Of a DNA stretch of 64,000 nt, positions 53,326 through 62,982 are shown one piece after another. Source of the stretch: an uncultured Alphaproteobacteria bacterium (GTDB lineage: Bacteria > Pseudomonadota > Alphaproteobacteria > HIMB59); assembly GCA_902529795.1 (NCBI GenBank), contig CABZXY010000001.1, positions 75,306-139,305 on the forward strand. The letters run 5' to 3'. Under the pieces are notes generated by a model. That model saw nothing but the letters and a program-made list of their open reading frames with translations. It was not told where the DNA came from and did no database searches. Position 1 is the first letter of the stretch. Each line of letters begins with the position of its first letter. The translations under genes were made by a program, and so were the position numbers.

Positions 53326-54363
53326 ATGAATTTAGTTGAAAGATTAAACCAAGGACCAGTCTTATGTGCTGAAGGATATCTCTTTGCAATGGAGCGAAGA
53401 GGCTACTTGCAAGCGGGCGCCTATGTACCAGAAGTCGTATTAGAGCATCCTGAAGTTGTCACTCAACTACACAGAGAATTTATTCGTGCGGGTAGTGACG
53501 TCGTGCAAGCTTTCACTTATTATGGTCATCGTGAAAAACTTCGATTAATTGGCAAAGAAGAACTCTTAGAACCCTTACAAAAAAATGCTTTAAAAATTGC
53601 AAAAGATGCAGCTAATGAATTTCCTGAACTTGATTTAATGATTGCAGGCAATGTCGCCAATACAAACATTTATAGTCCTAATGATAAACAGTCTCATATT
53701 GATTGCCAAAAAATGTTTGCTGAACAAATCGCTTGGGCAAAAGAAGCTGGTGTTGATTTTGTTATAGCAGAAACTATTAGCTGGACCGAAGAAGCTAAAC
53801 TTGCATTAAAAGAAATAAAAGATGCTGATTTAATTGCTGTTGTCAATTTTGCAATTCCAAAAGGAGATAAGACAAGAGAGGGTCATAGCGCTGCAGAAGC
53901 TTGTAAAATTTTAGAAGATCATGGTGCAGATGTGGTAGGACTCAATTGTTATCGTGGCCCAGACATGACGATGAAATTATTGCCGAGCATTAGAGAACGA
54001 GTTTCTTGCCATGTAGCGGCCCTTCCTGTTCCTTACAGAACTACTGAACAGTTCCCTACGCATATGTATATAGAGGATCCAAATTGTGGATGTCTTGATG
54101 GAAATGTTTCTCATATTGCATTAGATGGTCTTACTTGTAATCGATTTGAAATGGCTGAATTTACAAAACAGTGTATGGATATGAATGTAAACTTTATTGG
54201 AATTTGTTGCGGGGCTGACCCACATCATGTAAGAGAAATGGCTGTTGCAATGGGCAGAAAACCAATCGCTTACAAATACTACCCTGATATGACCAAGCAC
54301 TTTGCTCATGGAAACGAAGGTTCTTTAAAAGATAATAATAAAGCTGAAGAATGGCTTAAATAG
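53326..54363 (+). CDS. bhmT: Betaine-homocysteine S-methyltransferase-like
   Basis: CAEGYLFAMERRGYLQAG, AFTYYGHREK, GLNC, GICCG zinc ligands. Confidence 0.8.
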   Translation: MNLVERLNQGPVLCAEGYLFAMERRGYLQAGAYVPEVVLEHPEVVTQLHREFIRAGSDVVQAFTYYGHREKLRLIGKEELLEPLQKNALKIAKDAANEFPELDLMIAGNVANTNIYSPNDKQSHIDCQKMFAEQIAWAKEAGVDFVIAETISWTEEAKLALKEIKDADLIAVVNFAIPKGDKTREGHSAAEACKILEDHGADVVGLNCYRGPDMTMKLLPSIRERVSCHVAALPVPYRTTEQFPTHMYIEDPNCGCLDGNVSHIALDGLTCNRFEMAEFTKQCMDMNVNFIGICCGADPHHVREMAVAMGRKPIAYKYYPDMTKHFAHGNEGSLKDNNKAEEWLK

Positions 54364-54441
54364 ATTATAAGGAGAAATCATATGAATTTAGTAGGCATAA
54401 CTACAAAAGCTTACATTTATCAACTTATTTAGGAGCAGGAT

Positions 54442-55635
54442 ATGGAAAAGGTAGACTTGCAAAGGCCATCTCACGAAGATCTGTTTATTCCAAAACGTCA
54501 TCAATTAGAGGGTTGTACCAATCCTATTCATCAAGCCCATGGTGTTCCGAATGAATATTATATTCGACCAGAGTGTTTTGAGATGGAAGGCGAACATCTA
54601 TTTAACAAAGGTTGGTTTGCTGTTGGCTTCGTTAAAGATCTTCCGCAATCAGGCTCAGCTCTTCCTGTAAATTATTTCAATAACCCATTGTTGATCATTC
54701 GAAGCAAACAAGATGAAAAAATCAGAGTCTTTCAAAATGTTTGTCGACATCGTGGAATGATTTTAATTGAAGAGCCAACAGTTTTAAAAGGGGCAATTCG
54801 ATGTCCATATCATTCATGGTGTTATAAACAAACCGGTGAAGTTGTTGCTACTCCTCATATTGGCGGCCCTGGTTATAATTACCATTCAGGCATTGATAAA
54901 AGCGAGCTATCCCTCATTGAAGTTCGATCCCATATTTGGCGTGATGTGATATTCGTTAACCCCGATGGAATGGCCCCTCCTTTTGAAGAAGTTCACCAAC
55001 CTTTATTAGACCGTTGGTCTGTTTTTGAGCAACCGATGTATTCGGATATGAGCGACTCTTCTTTTAAATTAGAAGTAAATGGAAATTGGAAATTAGCTGT
55101 AGAAAATTATTTAGAGTCTTATCATTTGCCTTGGGTTCATCCAGGTTTAAATAGCTACTCTAAATTAGAAGATCATGAAAACATTGTGGAGTATGGACAT
55201 TACTCGGGTCAAATCAGTCACAAGTATATACCTCAGTACACAACAGGTAAGCAATTTGCTGATTTTAAAAACTTAGGTCCAGAGTGGGACACAAAAGGGG
55301 AGTATATAGTTTTATTTCCAAATTTGGTTTTAGGAGTCCAAAAAGACCACATTTTTAACCTTATAATAGAGCCTTTAGCGCCTAACAAAATTCGCGAACA
55401 TATCGAATTATATTACTCAGATCCAGCTATATTAGCAGATGAATATAAAGAAACCCGTCAAGAAAATGCAAAACTTTGGAAAAATGTATTTGAGGAGGAT
55501 ATTTTTGTTGTAGAAGGTATGCAAAAAGGCAGATATGCCAAGGGTTTTGACGGTGGTCGGTTTTCTCCCATCATGGACGAACCCACTCACGTATTCCACG
55601 ATTGGTACGCTAGAAAAATATTAAATAGCTTTTAA
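54442..55635 (+). CDS. Rieske non-heme iron oxygenase alpha subunit (choline monooxygenase/betaine demethylase-like)
   Basis: CRH..CPYH Rieske site; NWKLAVENYLESYHLPWVH and EED mononuclear iron ligands. Confidence 0.88.
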   Translation: MEKVDLQRPSHEDLFIPKRHQLEGCTNPIHQAHGVPNEYYIRPECFEMEGEHLFNKGWFAVGFVKDLPQSGSALPVNYFNNPLLIIRSKQDEKIRVFQNVCRHRGMILIEEPTVLKGAIRCPYHSWCYKQTGEVVATPHIGGPGYNYHSGIDKSELSLIEVRSHIWRDVIFVNPDGMAPPFEEVHQPLLDRWSVFEQPMYSDMSDSSFKLEVNGNWKLAVENYLESYHLPWVHPGLNSYSKLEDHENIVEYGHYSGQISHKYIPQYTTGKQFADFKNLGPEWDTKGEYIVLFPNLVLGVQKDHIFNLIIEPLAPNKIREHIELYYSDPAILADEYKETRQENAKLWKNVFEEDIFVVEGMQKGRYAKGFDGGRFSPIMDEPTHVFHDWYARKILNSF

Positions 55636-55668
55636 ATCTCTTTTATCTCCTAGATAATTTAATTTGCT

Positions 55669-56754
55669 ATGGAAGCCATTCCTAAAATAATGTCTGGTGT
55701 TTATCTAACTGGGCACGGAGGATTAGAAAAATTAGTCTACAAAGAAGATATTCCTGTTCCGGTTCCTCAAGCAGGTGAAGTTCTTATTGAAGTCAAAGGC
55801 GCGGGAATTAACAATACTGATATCAATACTCGACTTGGTTGGTATTCCAAAAAGGTTACTAGTCATACAAATGCAGGGGGCTCTGATGGCTTATCCGAAG
55901 TCGATGATAGTGATGCAGCTTGGACAGGGGTTCCATTAAAGTTTCCAAGAATTCAAGGTGGAGATATTTGTGGAATAATTGTGCAAGTTGGAGAAGGTGT
56001 AGAGCAAGATCGAATTGGAACTCGTACTATTGTTCGCGCAATGCAAAATATTCCAACCAAAGAAAATCCACTCGCCATGCAAACGATGGGCTCAGAGGTT
56101 GATGGGGGTTTTGCTCAATACTGTGTGGCTAAAGCAAAGGAGTCTTTTCCAATTAATTGTGACTGGAGTGATATTGAATTAGCATCTATTCCTATTTCCT
56201 ATTCAACAGCGGAAGGGATGCTTTGTCGAGGAGATATTCAAAAAGAGACTATTTTGATCACTGGGGCTTCAGGAGGAGTAGGCTCTGCTGCTATTCAATT
56301 AGCCAAAGTTAGAGGGGCTAAAATTATCGCTCAGTGCGCACTTGACAAAGCAAGCACTTTAAAAGAATTGGGCGCCGATCAAACAGTAAATCGAAATGAT
56401 GACTTAGTAAAAGTTTTAGGTGAAAATTCTGTTGATGCAGTTGTTGATGTGGTTGGTGGTTCCAGCTGGCCGCAGTTATTAGAAATTCTAAGACCAGGTG
56501 GTAGGTATATTACCTCAGGCGCCATTGCAGGCCCAATTGTTGATTTAGATTTAAGGAGCCTTTATTTAAAAGATTTGACTTTATTTGGTTCGACCGTCAA
56601 TGACCCATATGTCTTCGAAAATGTCATTCATTGTATTGAAGAGGGACAAATTAAACCTTTGGTCGCCCAATCATTTCCTTTAAAAGAGATCCATCAGGCT
56701 CAAACAGTGTTTATAGAGAAAAAATTTATTGGAAAACTTGTATTAATCCCATAA
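55669..56754 (+). CDS. MDR-family oxidoreductase (zinc-independent, quinone reductase-like)
   Basis: GINNTD in place of the GxCxxD zinc motif, ITGASGGVG, GKLVLIP. Confidence 0.8.
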   Translation: MEAIPKIMSGVYLTGHGGLEKLVYKEDIPVPVPQAGEVLIEVKGAGINNTDINTRLGWYSKKVTSHTNAGGSDGLSEVDDSDAAWTGVPLKFPRIQGGDICGIIVQVGEGVEQDRIGTRTIVRAMQNIPTKENPLAMQTMGSEVDGGFAQYCVAKAKESFPINCDWSDIELASIPISYSTAEGMLCRGDIQKETILITGASGGVGSAAIQLAKVRGAKIIAQCALDKASTLKELGADQTVNRNDDLVKVLGENSVDAVVDVVGGSSWPQLLEILRPGGRYITSGAIAGPIVDLDLRSLYLKDLTLFGSTVNDPYVFENVIHCIEEGQIKPLVAQSFPLKEIHQAQTVFIEKKFIGKLVLIP

Positions 56755-56790
56755 ATCCTGTGAGATAAAAATATTGTATATAATAAAGAC

Positions 56791-57825
56791 ATGAGTAATA
56801 TTGTAGAACCAGGAAATCGGCACGAAACAGACGTCGTTATCATAGGCGCCGGGCCTTGTGGTTTATTCCAAGTATTTGAATTAGGGCTTTTAGATATGAA
56901 GGCCCACTTAATTGATAATTTAGATAAAATTGGTGGTCAGTGTGCTGAGCTTTATCCAGATAAAAATCTATACGATATTCCCTCACGCCCTGCCATTACA
57001 GGTCAAGAATTAACAGATGATTTGATCACCCAAGCAGAACCCTTTGGACCCACATATCACCTAAATCAATTAACTGCTAAAATTGATGTCCAAGACGATC
57101 ATATTGAAGTGACAACCAATTTGAACACTGTCATCAAGTGTAAGTCTTTAGTAATTGCGGCAGGCTCAGGAAGTTTTGTTCCACGAAAATTACCTGTTTC
57201 CAATGTAGAAGAATTTGAAAATAAAAATATTTTTTATTCTGTAAAAAAAAGAAAAGACTTCGAGGGAAAGAAAATTTTGATTGCTGGGGGTGGCGACTCT
57301 GCCTTGGACTACGTGATGGGTTTTCATCAAATCGCCTCTGATATCACTTTAATTCATCGTCGAAAAGAATTTAAAGGTGTTCAAGACTCAGTGAATAAAG
57401 TGATGAGCTTAGTCGACCAAGGGAAAGTCAAATTTAATATGGGTACTGTTAAACAAATAGTTGATAATGGCAAAGGCCAAGTGGATATCACCTTAGATGA
57501 TGACACTGTTATTGATGGTGTTGATGCCATCTTCCCTTTCTTCGGATTAAAAATTGAATTAGGGCCTATTGCTGATTGGGGTTTGAACTTAGAAAATAAT
57601 TTAATTTCAGTAAACACAGAAAACTTTGAAACTTCAACTCCTCGAATTTTTGCTGTTGGCGATATCTGTACGTATCCTGGAAAGTTAAAATTAATTTTAA
57701 GCGGTTTTCATGAAGCGGCACTCGCTGCAAAGAAAATGTTTCATTATTGCCATAATGATAAGAAATATGTATTTCGCTATACGACTTCCTCTAAAGACAT
57801 TCAGGAAAAATTAGGCGTAAAATAA
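56791..57825 (+). CDS. Ferredoxin-NADP+ reductase (TrxB-like)
   Basis: GAGPCG, GGQCAELYPDK.LYDIP, GGGDSA, YPGKLKLILSGFHEA, YTTSS; no TrxB CxxC. Confidence 0.88.
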   Translation: MSNIVEPGNRHETDVVIIGAGPCGLFQVFELGLLDMKAHLIDNLDKIGGQCAELYPDKNLYDIPSRPAITGQELTDDLITQAEPFGPTYHLNQLTAKIDVQDDHIEVTTNLNTVIKCKSLVIAAGSGSFVPRKLPVSNVEEFENKNIFYSVKKRKDFEGKKILIAGGGDSALDYVMGFHQIASDITLIHRRKEFKGVQDSVNKVMSLVDQGKVKFNMGTVKQIVDNGKGQVDITLDDDTVIDGVDAIFPFFGLKIELGPIADWGLNLENNLISVNTENFETSTPRIFAVGDICTYPGKLKLILSGFHEAALAAKKMFHYCHNDKKYVFRYTTSSKDIQEKLGVK

Positions 57826-57826
57826 A

Positions 57827-58072
57827 CTAGTCTTCGAGCCTATTGTGTGTTCCATCACAAAGAGGTTTTTTATTGCTATGCTTGCATCCACAAAAATAAA
57901 CTTTTTTGGTTGCTTCAGCAGTGTAAGGAATACAGGAAAACCCAGTTGACTTATGAGAACCATCGCAAAAAGGTTGTTTTTGGCTTAACCCACATGCGCA
58001 CCAAAAGTACTTTTTGCCCTCTTGGACTTCGACAACATAAGAGCCTTTTTGAGCAATATTGGGTTTTGACAT
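57827..58072 (-). CDS. CDGSH iron-sulfur protein with two CDGSH motifs
   Basis: WCACGLSQKQPFCDGSH and FCGCKHSNKKPLCDGTH. Confidence 0.93.
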   Translation of the reverse strand: MSKPNIAQKGSYVVEVQEGKKYFWCACGLSQKQPFCDGSHKSTGFSCIPYTAEATKKVYFCGCKHSNKKPLCDGTHNRLED

Positions 58073-58128
58073 TAATTTCTCCTGTTTATCTGTCTTCTTC
58101 GCGGATACAGAATTTCAGATCAAATCTA

Positions 58129-59232
58129 TTATTTCTTTTGAATGTGTTTGTAAACAGTAGTACGTGAAATATTTAACGTTTTTGAAACAGCAGTAATTTT
58201 ACCATCTAATTGATCATATGTTTTCTGAATAAGTAAGCATTTTTGTTCTTTTAAAGTTGAATCGTAACATTCTGAACAAGCTGTGTAAGTAGGAGTTGTA
58301 TTTTTTAATTCATTATGTGGAGTACTAGTTACTTGCTTTTGAAAAAGTTTCATAAATACAGTTGATCCCAGCCAGTCTTTTACTTGTACAGTTTTATTTG
58401 CATTCATATCATGTGCAACATTTTGAAATGGAGTGGTGAAGATATTGTAAAAATCTTTTGATTCATCTTTGTACAAACCACTTAACATAATTCTTGTATT
58501 TGAATTAACCCCTTCGATTTGCCCATCTTCGTTTATAGCAATTAATCCAATACTATTAGTATGAAGATACTCACTTCGTGGATGAAAAGAATAGATATTA
58601 GTGTGTTTAAAATTTTCCAGAAAAACTTTTTGTTCAACAGACTTTGCTGAAAGTTTAACAAGGGCTAATGTATGATCTTGTCGACTGCTTGTATCAGTTG
58701 AAGCATCCAAAACCCCAATAATATTTTGATTATGATCAAAGATAGGGCTCGCAAAACAAGAAAGACCTCCATGGCTTGTGAAGAAGTGTTCACCTCCAGC
58801 AACAATCGTAGGTGATTTTGTTTGTAAGCTTAATCCTAGACCATTTGTTCCTCGATATTTTTCCAGCCAAATTGAGCCAGGAATAACTACTTTGCTAGCT
58901 TGGCTATTTAAAAATTGATTATCGTAAATGGTATCTAGGACGACACCATCATTGTTAGCGAAAGCCACCATGAAATTTGATCCAGCAATTTGGGAGTAGA
59001 GCAATTCTAATTCAGGCACGATGAAGTCTCTAATACCTTGATATTGCTCTTTTATTTCCCAAAGCTCTTTTTGATTTAGAACACTTTCAATTGGGTTTGA
59101 ATTAGGTCGAAGTCCGTGTTCGAAACATCGAACCCAACTGTCCGCAATGTTCTTATCAGTGAAATCTAGAGAAATACCTCTGTCTTTTTCCAAAGAGCGG
59201 GCCTGTTCTACAAGACTTCTGTAAGAATGCAT
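58129..59232 (-). CDS. AcoR-like GAF + Fis-HTH regulator lacking the AAA+ domain
   Basis: SWVRC, GSIWLE..GTNGLG, EHFF, CFASPIFD, GVLDAS GAF motifs; C-terminal SKTLNISRTTVYK. Confidence 0.8.
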   Translation of the reverse strand: MHSYRSLVEQARSLEKDRGISLDFTDKNIADSWVRCFEHGLRPNSNPIESVLNQKELWEIKEQYQGIRDFIVPELELLYSQIAGSNFMVAFANNDGVVLDTIYDNQFLNSQASKVVIPGSIWLEKYRGTNGLGLSLQTKSPTIVAGGEHFFTSHGGLSCFASPIFDHNQNIIGVLDASTDTSSRQDHTLALVKLSAKSVEQKVFLENFKHTNIYSFHPRSEYLHTNSIGLIAINEDGQIEGVNSNTRIMLSGLYKDESKDFYNIFTTPFQNVAHDMNANKTVQVKDWLGSTVFMKLFQKQVTSTPHNELKNTTPTYTACSECYDSTLKEQKCLLIQKTYDQLDGKITAVSKTLNISRTTVYKHIQKK

Positions 59233-59274
59233 GGGAAAAAGTTATGAAATTATTGATAAATATACAACTTTTAT

Positions 59275-59295
59275 ATTGTTCAAAAAATGAACAAT
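59275..59295. promoter_or_regulatory. Palindromic operator of Fis-HTH type (TGT-N11-ACA)
   Basis: ATTGTTCA-AAAAA-TGAACAAT between the divergent regulator and adh genes. Confidence 0.6.
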
Positions 59296-59394
59296 TTTTT
59301 AAGTTTTTCACAAAAAAAATAAAATTTCACGATCGTGGGCCGTTGGAGAAGGTAAATATTTGTAGTTAAATATTTCTACTTTCGGGAGGAATTG

Positions 59395-60456
59395 ATGAAA
59401 GCACAAGTATTACATAGTTACGATCCTGATATGAAGCAGGACGTTTGGGTAAAAGAGGAAGAAGTTCCAAACCCAAAACTTGAAAAAGCTTCTGACGTCA
59501 TTGTCAAAATTGGAGCAGCGGGCGTCTGCAGAACAGATTTACATGTCATTGAAGGTGAGTGGAGACATATCCAGGACCCTGATGATAAACTTCTACCATG
59601 TGTAATGGGTCACGAAAACGCTGGATGGATTGAGGAAGTTGGAAGTGATGTAGAGGGATTTAAAAAAGGTGATTCAGTTATTCTTCATCCAATTATCTCC
59701 GGAACCAATGGCACTTGTTTAAGTTGCAGAAAAGGTTTAGATACTCACGCCGAGAACGGAATTTTTCCAGGATTAAATGTTAAAGAGGGCGGATACTCTG
59801 AATTATTGAAAACAAGTGTTAGAAATCTTATCAAGATTCCGAACACATTAACCCCTAAGGATGTCGCACCATTTTCTGATGCGGGTCTAACAGCATATCG
59901 CGTTGCAAAAAAAGCAACAAGACATCTTCTACCTGGTGAGAACTGTGTTGTAATAGGTGCAGGTGGTTTGGGCCACATAGCTATCCAATGTTTAAAAGCA
60001 ATGTGTGCTGCAAATATAATTATTGTAGAAAAATCTGAAACCGCACTTAAGCATGCTATGCCTCTTGGTGGAGATCACGGTGTTTTAATTGATGGCAATG
60101 AAGTAGAGAGAGTTATGGAGTTAACCAAAGGTCTTGGTGCTGAGGCAGTCATCGATATGGTGGGAGAAAAAGGTTCAACTTCAATGGGCCTTAGTATGAC
60201 TAAAAACACAGGGTCTTATTACATAGTGGGTTACGGAGAAGATATTAAAATCAAATCCGTCGATATGATTATTTCTGAAAGAAATATCATAGGAAATTTA
60301 ATTGGTACATGGTCCGAACTTTATGAGCTAATGGAGTTAGCGAATAAAGACCTAGTAAGGTTATCCATGCAGGAATACAAGTTGAGCGAAGCCAATAAAG
60401 CTCTGCATGATCTTAATAACGGTCTTGTTAAAGGAAGAGCCGTTTTAGTACCATAA
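59395..60456 (+). CDS. Zinc-dependent NAD alcohol/polyol dehydrogenase
   Basis: GVCRTDLH, GHENAG, DAGLTAY, GAGGLG, GRAVLVP. Confidence 0.88.
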   Translation: MKAQVLHSYDPDMKQDVWVKEEEVPNPKLEKASDVIVKIGAAGVCRTDLHVIEGEWRHIQDPDDKLLPCVMGHENAGWIEEVGSDVEGFKKGDSVILHPIISGTNGTCLSCRKGLDTHAENGIFPGLNVKEGGYSELLKTSVRNLIKIPNTLTPKDVAPFSDAGLTAYRVAKKATRHLLPGENCVVIGAGGLGHIAIQCLKAMCAANIIIVEKSETALKHAMPLGGDHGVLIDGNEVERVMELTKGLGAEAVIDMVGEKGSTSMGLSMTKNTGSYYIVGYGEDIKIKSVDMIISERNIIGNLIGTWSELYELMELANKDLVRLSMQEYKLSEANKALHDLNNGLVKGRAVLVP

Positions 60457-60518
60457 AAAGTTTGTTTACAGAATTGAATTCTGGGCAAAAAAAACGAAGC
60501 AATAAGGGAGGGAATTAT

Positions 60519-62045
60519 ATGAAACTTAAAACCTTCGTAAGCACTCTGGCATCTGTTCTCTTGATCGGTAGCCAAGTAGCTTATGCAGATAAGTGGAGCG
60601 ATCAGTTTCCACATATCGCAGCAACAGGAGATATTCCTGGGATGTGTTCTTATGAAGAAACATCTAAAAAAGACTATAGTGGTAGAACACTTACAATAAA
60701 CACTCACGCGATCCCAGTTATGGGCGAGCCAACTGCCCTTCACGCAGAGCAGTTTGAAAAATTAACAGGTGCAAAAGTAGAAGTTACGCATACTCCTGCT
60801 GGTGACCTATACTCAAAGGCAATGGTTCCTTTCCAATCAGGACAGGCTCCTTACGACATCGTCTTTGGTTTTTCTAACTTCATCAATGACTGGAAGAGAT
60901 ACCTAGCTCCAGTTCCACAAAAGTATGTTGATCAGATGACTGATGTTACCGCATCTCACATTGCGATCGCTTCTTGGGGCGATACCATGTATCAGTACCC
61001 TGTGGACGGTGATAGACACTATCTTAAGTACAGAAAAGATGTAATTGATAATCCTGAAATGCAAGCAAAATATAAAGCAGATACAGGCAATGAATTACGC
61101 GTTCCACAAACTTGGAAAGAGTATGCTGAGATGGCTACTTACTTCAATGGTTGGGACTGGGATGGAGATGGAGAGCCTGAATATGGTTCAGCTGAGGTCA
61201 TGAAAAAAGATGACCTTATGTATGCTGCTTTCTATTCACGATCTGCTGCTTACTCTAAGAACCCAAGAACTCCAGGTGGTTTCTTCTTTGATTTAGAAAC
61301 AATGACACCACTCATCAACAATCCTGGTTTCGTTGAAGCTCTTACTGATTGGGTTGAAGCTGTTAACTTCGTTCCTCCTGGAGGAATTAACTTCGGCCTT
61401 GGTGACGAAATTAACTCATTCGGTGGTGGTCAAACACTCTTTAGCTTCTCATGGGATGATGCTTTCGTTGCAGCGATGCAAGATGACAGTGCTATTAAAA
61501 ACCAAGTGGGTGCAGCACAATTGCCAGGTGCTGATAAAGTTTGGAACAGAGAAACTAACTCATGGGAAGATGGCTTTAACCAAGCTCCTTTCTTCGTATG
61601 GGGATGGGCAGTTGGTGTAGCTGGTAAATCTGATAACAAAGACATGGCTTTTGATTATCTATGTTTCTTTGCTAATGGCGCAAACCATCAGGCAGACATT
61701 GGCATCGGCCGATTTGGTGTAAATCCTTTTATGGAAGAGGATTTCAAAGCAGATGTATGGACCGCAATTGGTTGGGACGCACAAGTTGCACAAGAGTACG
61801 TTGATACACTCGCAGATATGGAAAAAAGCACTAATCGTGTATTTCCTCTAAGAGTACCAGGTACTTTTGAGTTCAATAGTGCTCTAGCGACAGGAACTGC
61901 AAAAGCGTTAGCAGGCCAATTATCTCCTCAAGAAGCTCTTGATGAGGTTGCAGCTGAATGGACTGCAATTCTCGATAGAGTTGGCGCTGATAATGTAAGA
62001 GATGCTTACGCTGTTGGTGTTGCTATGGAAGATAACGAACTTTAA
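60519..62045 (+). CDS. ABC transporter solute-binding protein (CUT1/family 1)
   Basis: SD AGGGAGG, signal peptide MKLK...AYA, YRKD, VPQTWKEY, SPQEALDEVAAEW. Confidence 0.88.
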   Translation: MKLKTFVSTLASVLLIGSQVAYADKWSDQFPHIAATGDIPGMCSYEETSKKDYSGRTLTINTHAIPVMGEPTALHAEQFEKLTGAKVEVTHTPAGDLYSKAMVPFQSGQAPYDIVFGFSNFINDWKRYLAPVPQKYVDQMTDVTASHIAIASWGDTMYQYPVDGDRHYLKYRKDVIDNPEMQAKYKADTGNELRVPQTWKEYAEMATYFNGWDWDGDGEPEYGSAEVMKKDDLMYAAFYSRSAAYSKNPRTPGGFFFDLETMTPLINNPGFVEALTDWVEAVNFVPPGGINFGLGDEINSFGGGQTLFSFSWDDAFVAAMQDDSAIKNQVGAAQLPGADKVWNRETNSWEDGFNQAPFFVWGWAVGVAGKSDNKDMAFDYLCFFANGANHQADIGIGRFGVNPFMEEDFKADVWTAIGWDAQVAQEYVDTLADMEKSTNRVFPLRVPGTFEFNSALATGTAKALAGQLSPQEALDEVAAEWTAILDRVGADNVRDAYAVGVAMEDNEL

Positions 62046-62058
62046 ATACATAAATCTC

Positions 62059-62091
62059 AGTGATCGTCCAATTTTTTGGGCGATCACTTTT
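62059..62091 (+). terminator. Hairpin after the SBP gene (partial terminator or mRNA stabiliser)
   Basis: AGTGATCGTCCA-ATTTTT-TGGGCGATCACT followed by TTT. Confidence 0.75.
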
Positions 62092-62116
62092 AATTTAAGC
62101 TATAATTTAAATATTA

Positions 62117-62980
62117 ATGAACTTTAAACATAAATTTGTATTTTTACTTCCTGGTTTAATTGTTCTTATTGGAATTTTAATTTTTCCAATTATTTTTACA
62201 GTCCGTTTGAGTTTGTCTGGCTGGAATAGCTATAATCCTGGTTTAGATTTTGTAGGCATAAAAAATTACATCAGATTATTTACTGATGATCCTCGTTTTT
62301 GGGAGTCATTTTTTCGTTTAAGTTTCTTAGCAATTACTACTGTTTTTCTTCAATATATTATTGGATTTTTTTTAGCCCATGTTGTTTGGAAAGATATTAA
62401 ATTTAAAAGATTTTTTCGCGTACTTTTCTTAATTCCAATGATGACTACTCCTGTCATCATGACCGTTATTTGGAGAACCTTTTTTCACGAGTCGTTGGGC
62501 CCGCTAAATGATTTTCTTAGTATTTTTGGAGTACAACCCCAGTGGTTATCAAGTCCTGGGCTAGCAAAAATATCTATTATTGTCGTAGAAGTTTGGCAAT
62601 GGACTTCATTTATGTTTTTACTACTGCTTGCTGGATTATTGAGCCTACCAAAAGAACCTTTTTTGGCCGCCTCCATTGATGGCGCTAGCCCATTTAAGAA
62701 GTTTATGTATGTAACCTTCCCTTTAATGGCACCAATATCAATTGGAGCTATCATCATACGTTTAATCGAAGCTTCTAAAATTATGGATACCGTATTTGTT
62801 TTAACAAGTGGAGGCCCAGGAACCGCAACAGAAACCTCAAGTTTTTACATCTTCATTAAAGGTCTCAGAGAATTTCAAATGGGGTATGCCGCCACTATGT
62901 CTTTTACTTATTTGATTATTATGATCATTAGTTTGACTATTATTGCCAAAGTTTTAACGAAGGTGTTGATGAAGGAGTAA
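62117..62980 (+). CDS. Carbohydrate ABC transporter permease 1
   Basis: EVWQWT, EAA-like loop AASIDGASPF, LTSGGPGTATET. Confidence 0.92.
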   Translation: MNFKHKFVFLLPGLIVLIGILIFPIIFTVRLSLSGWNSYNPGLDFVGIKNYIRLFTDDPRFWESFFRLSFLAITTVFLQYIIGFFLAHVVWKDIKFKRFFRVLFLIPMMTTPVIMTVIWRTFFHESLGPLNDFLSIFGVQPQWLSSPGLAKISIIVVEVWQWTSFMFLLLLAGLLSLPKEPFLAASIDGASPFKKFMYVTFPLMAPISIGAIIIRLIEASKIMDTVFVLTSGGPGTATETSSFYIFIKGLREFQMGYAATMSFTYLIIMIISLTIIAKVLTKVLMKE

Positions 62981-62982
62981 AT

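Noticed and set aside
60462-60518. Upstream TTG start for the solute-binding protein
   Set aside because: ATG 60519 has a strong SD and begins a typical signal peptide
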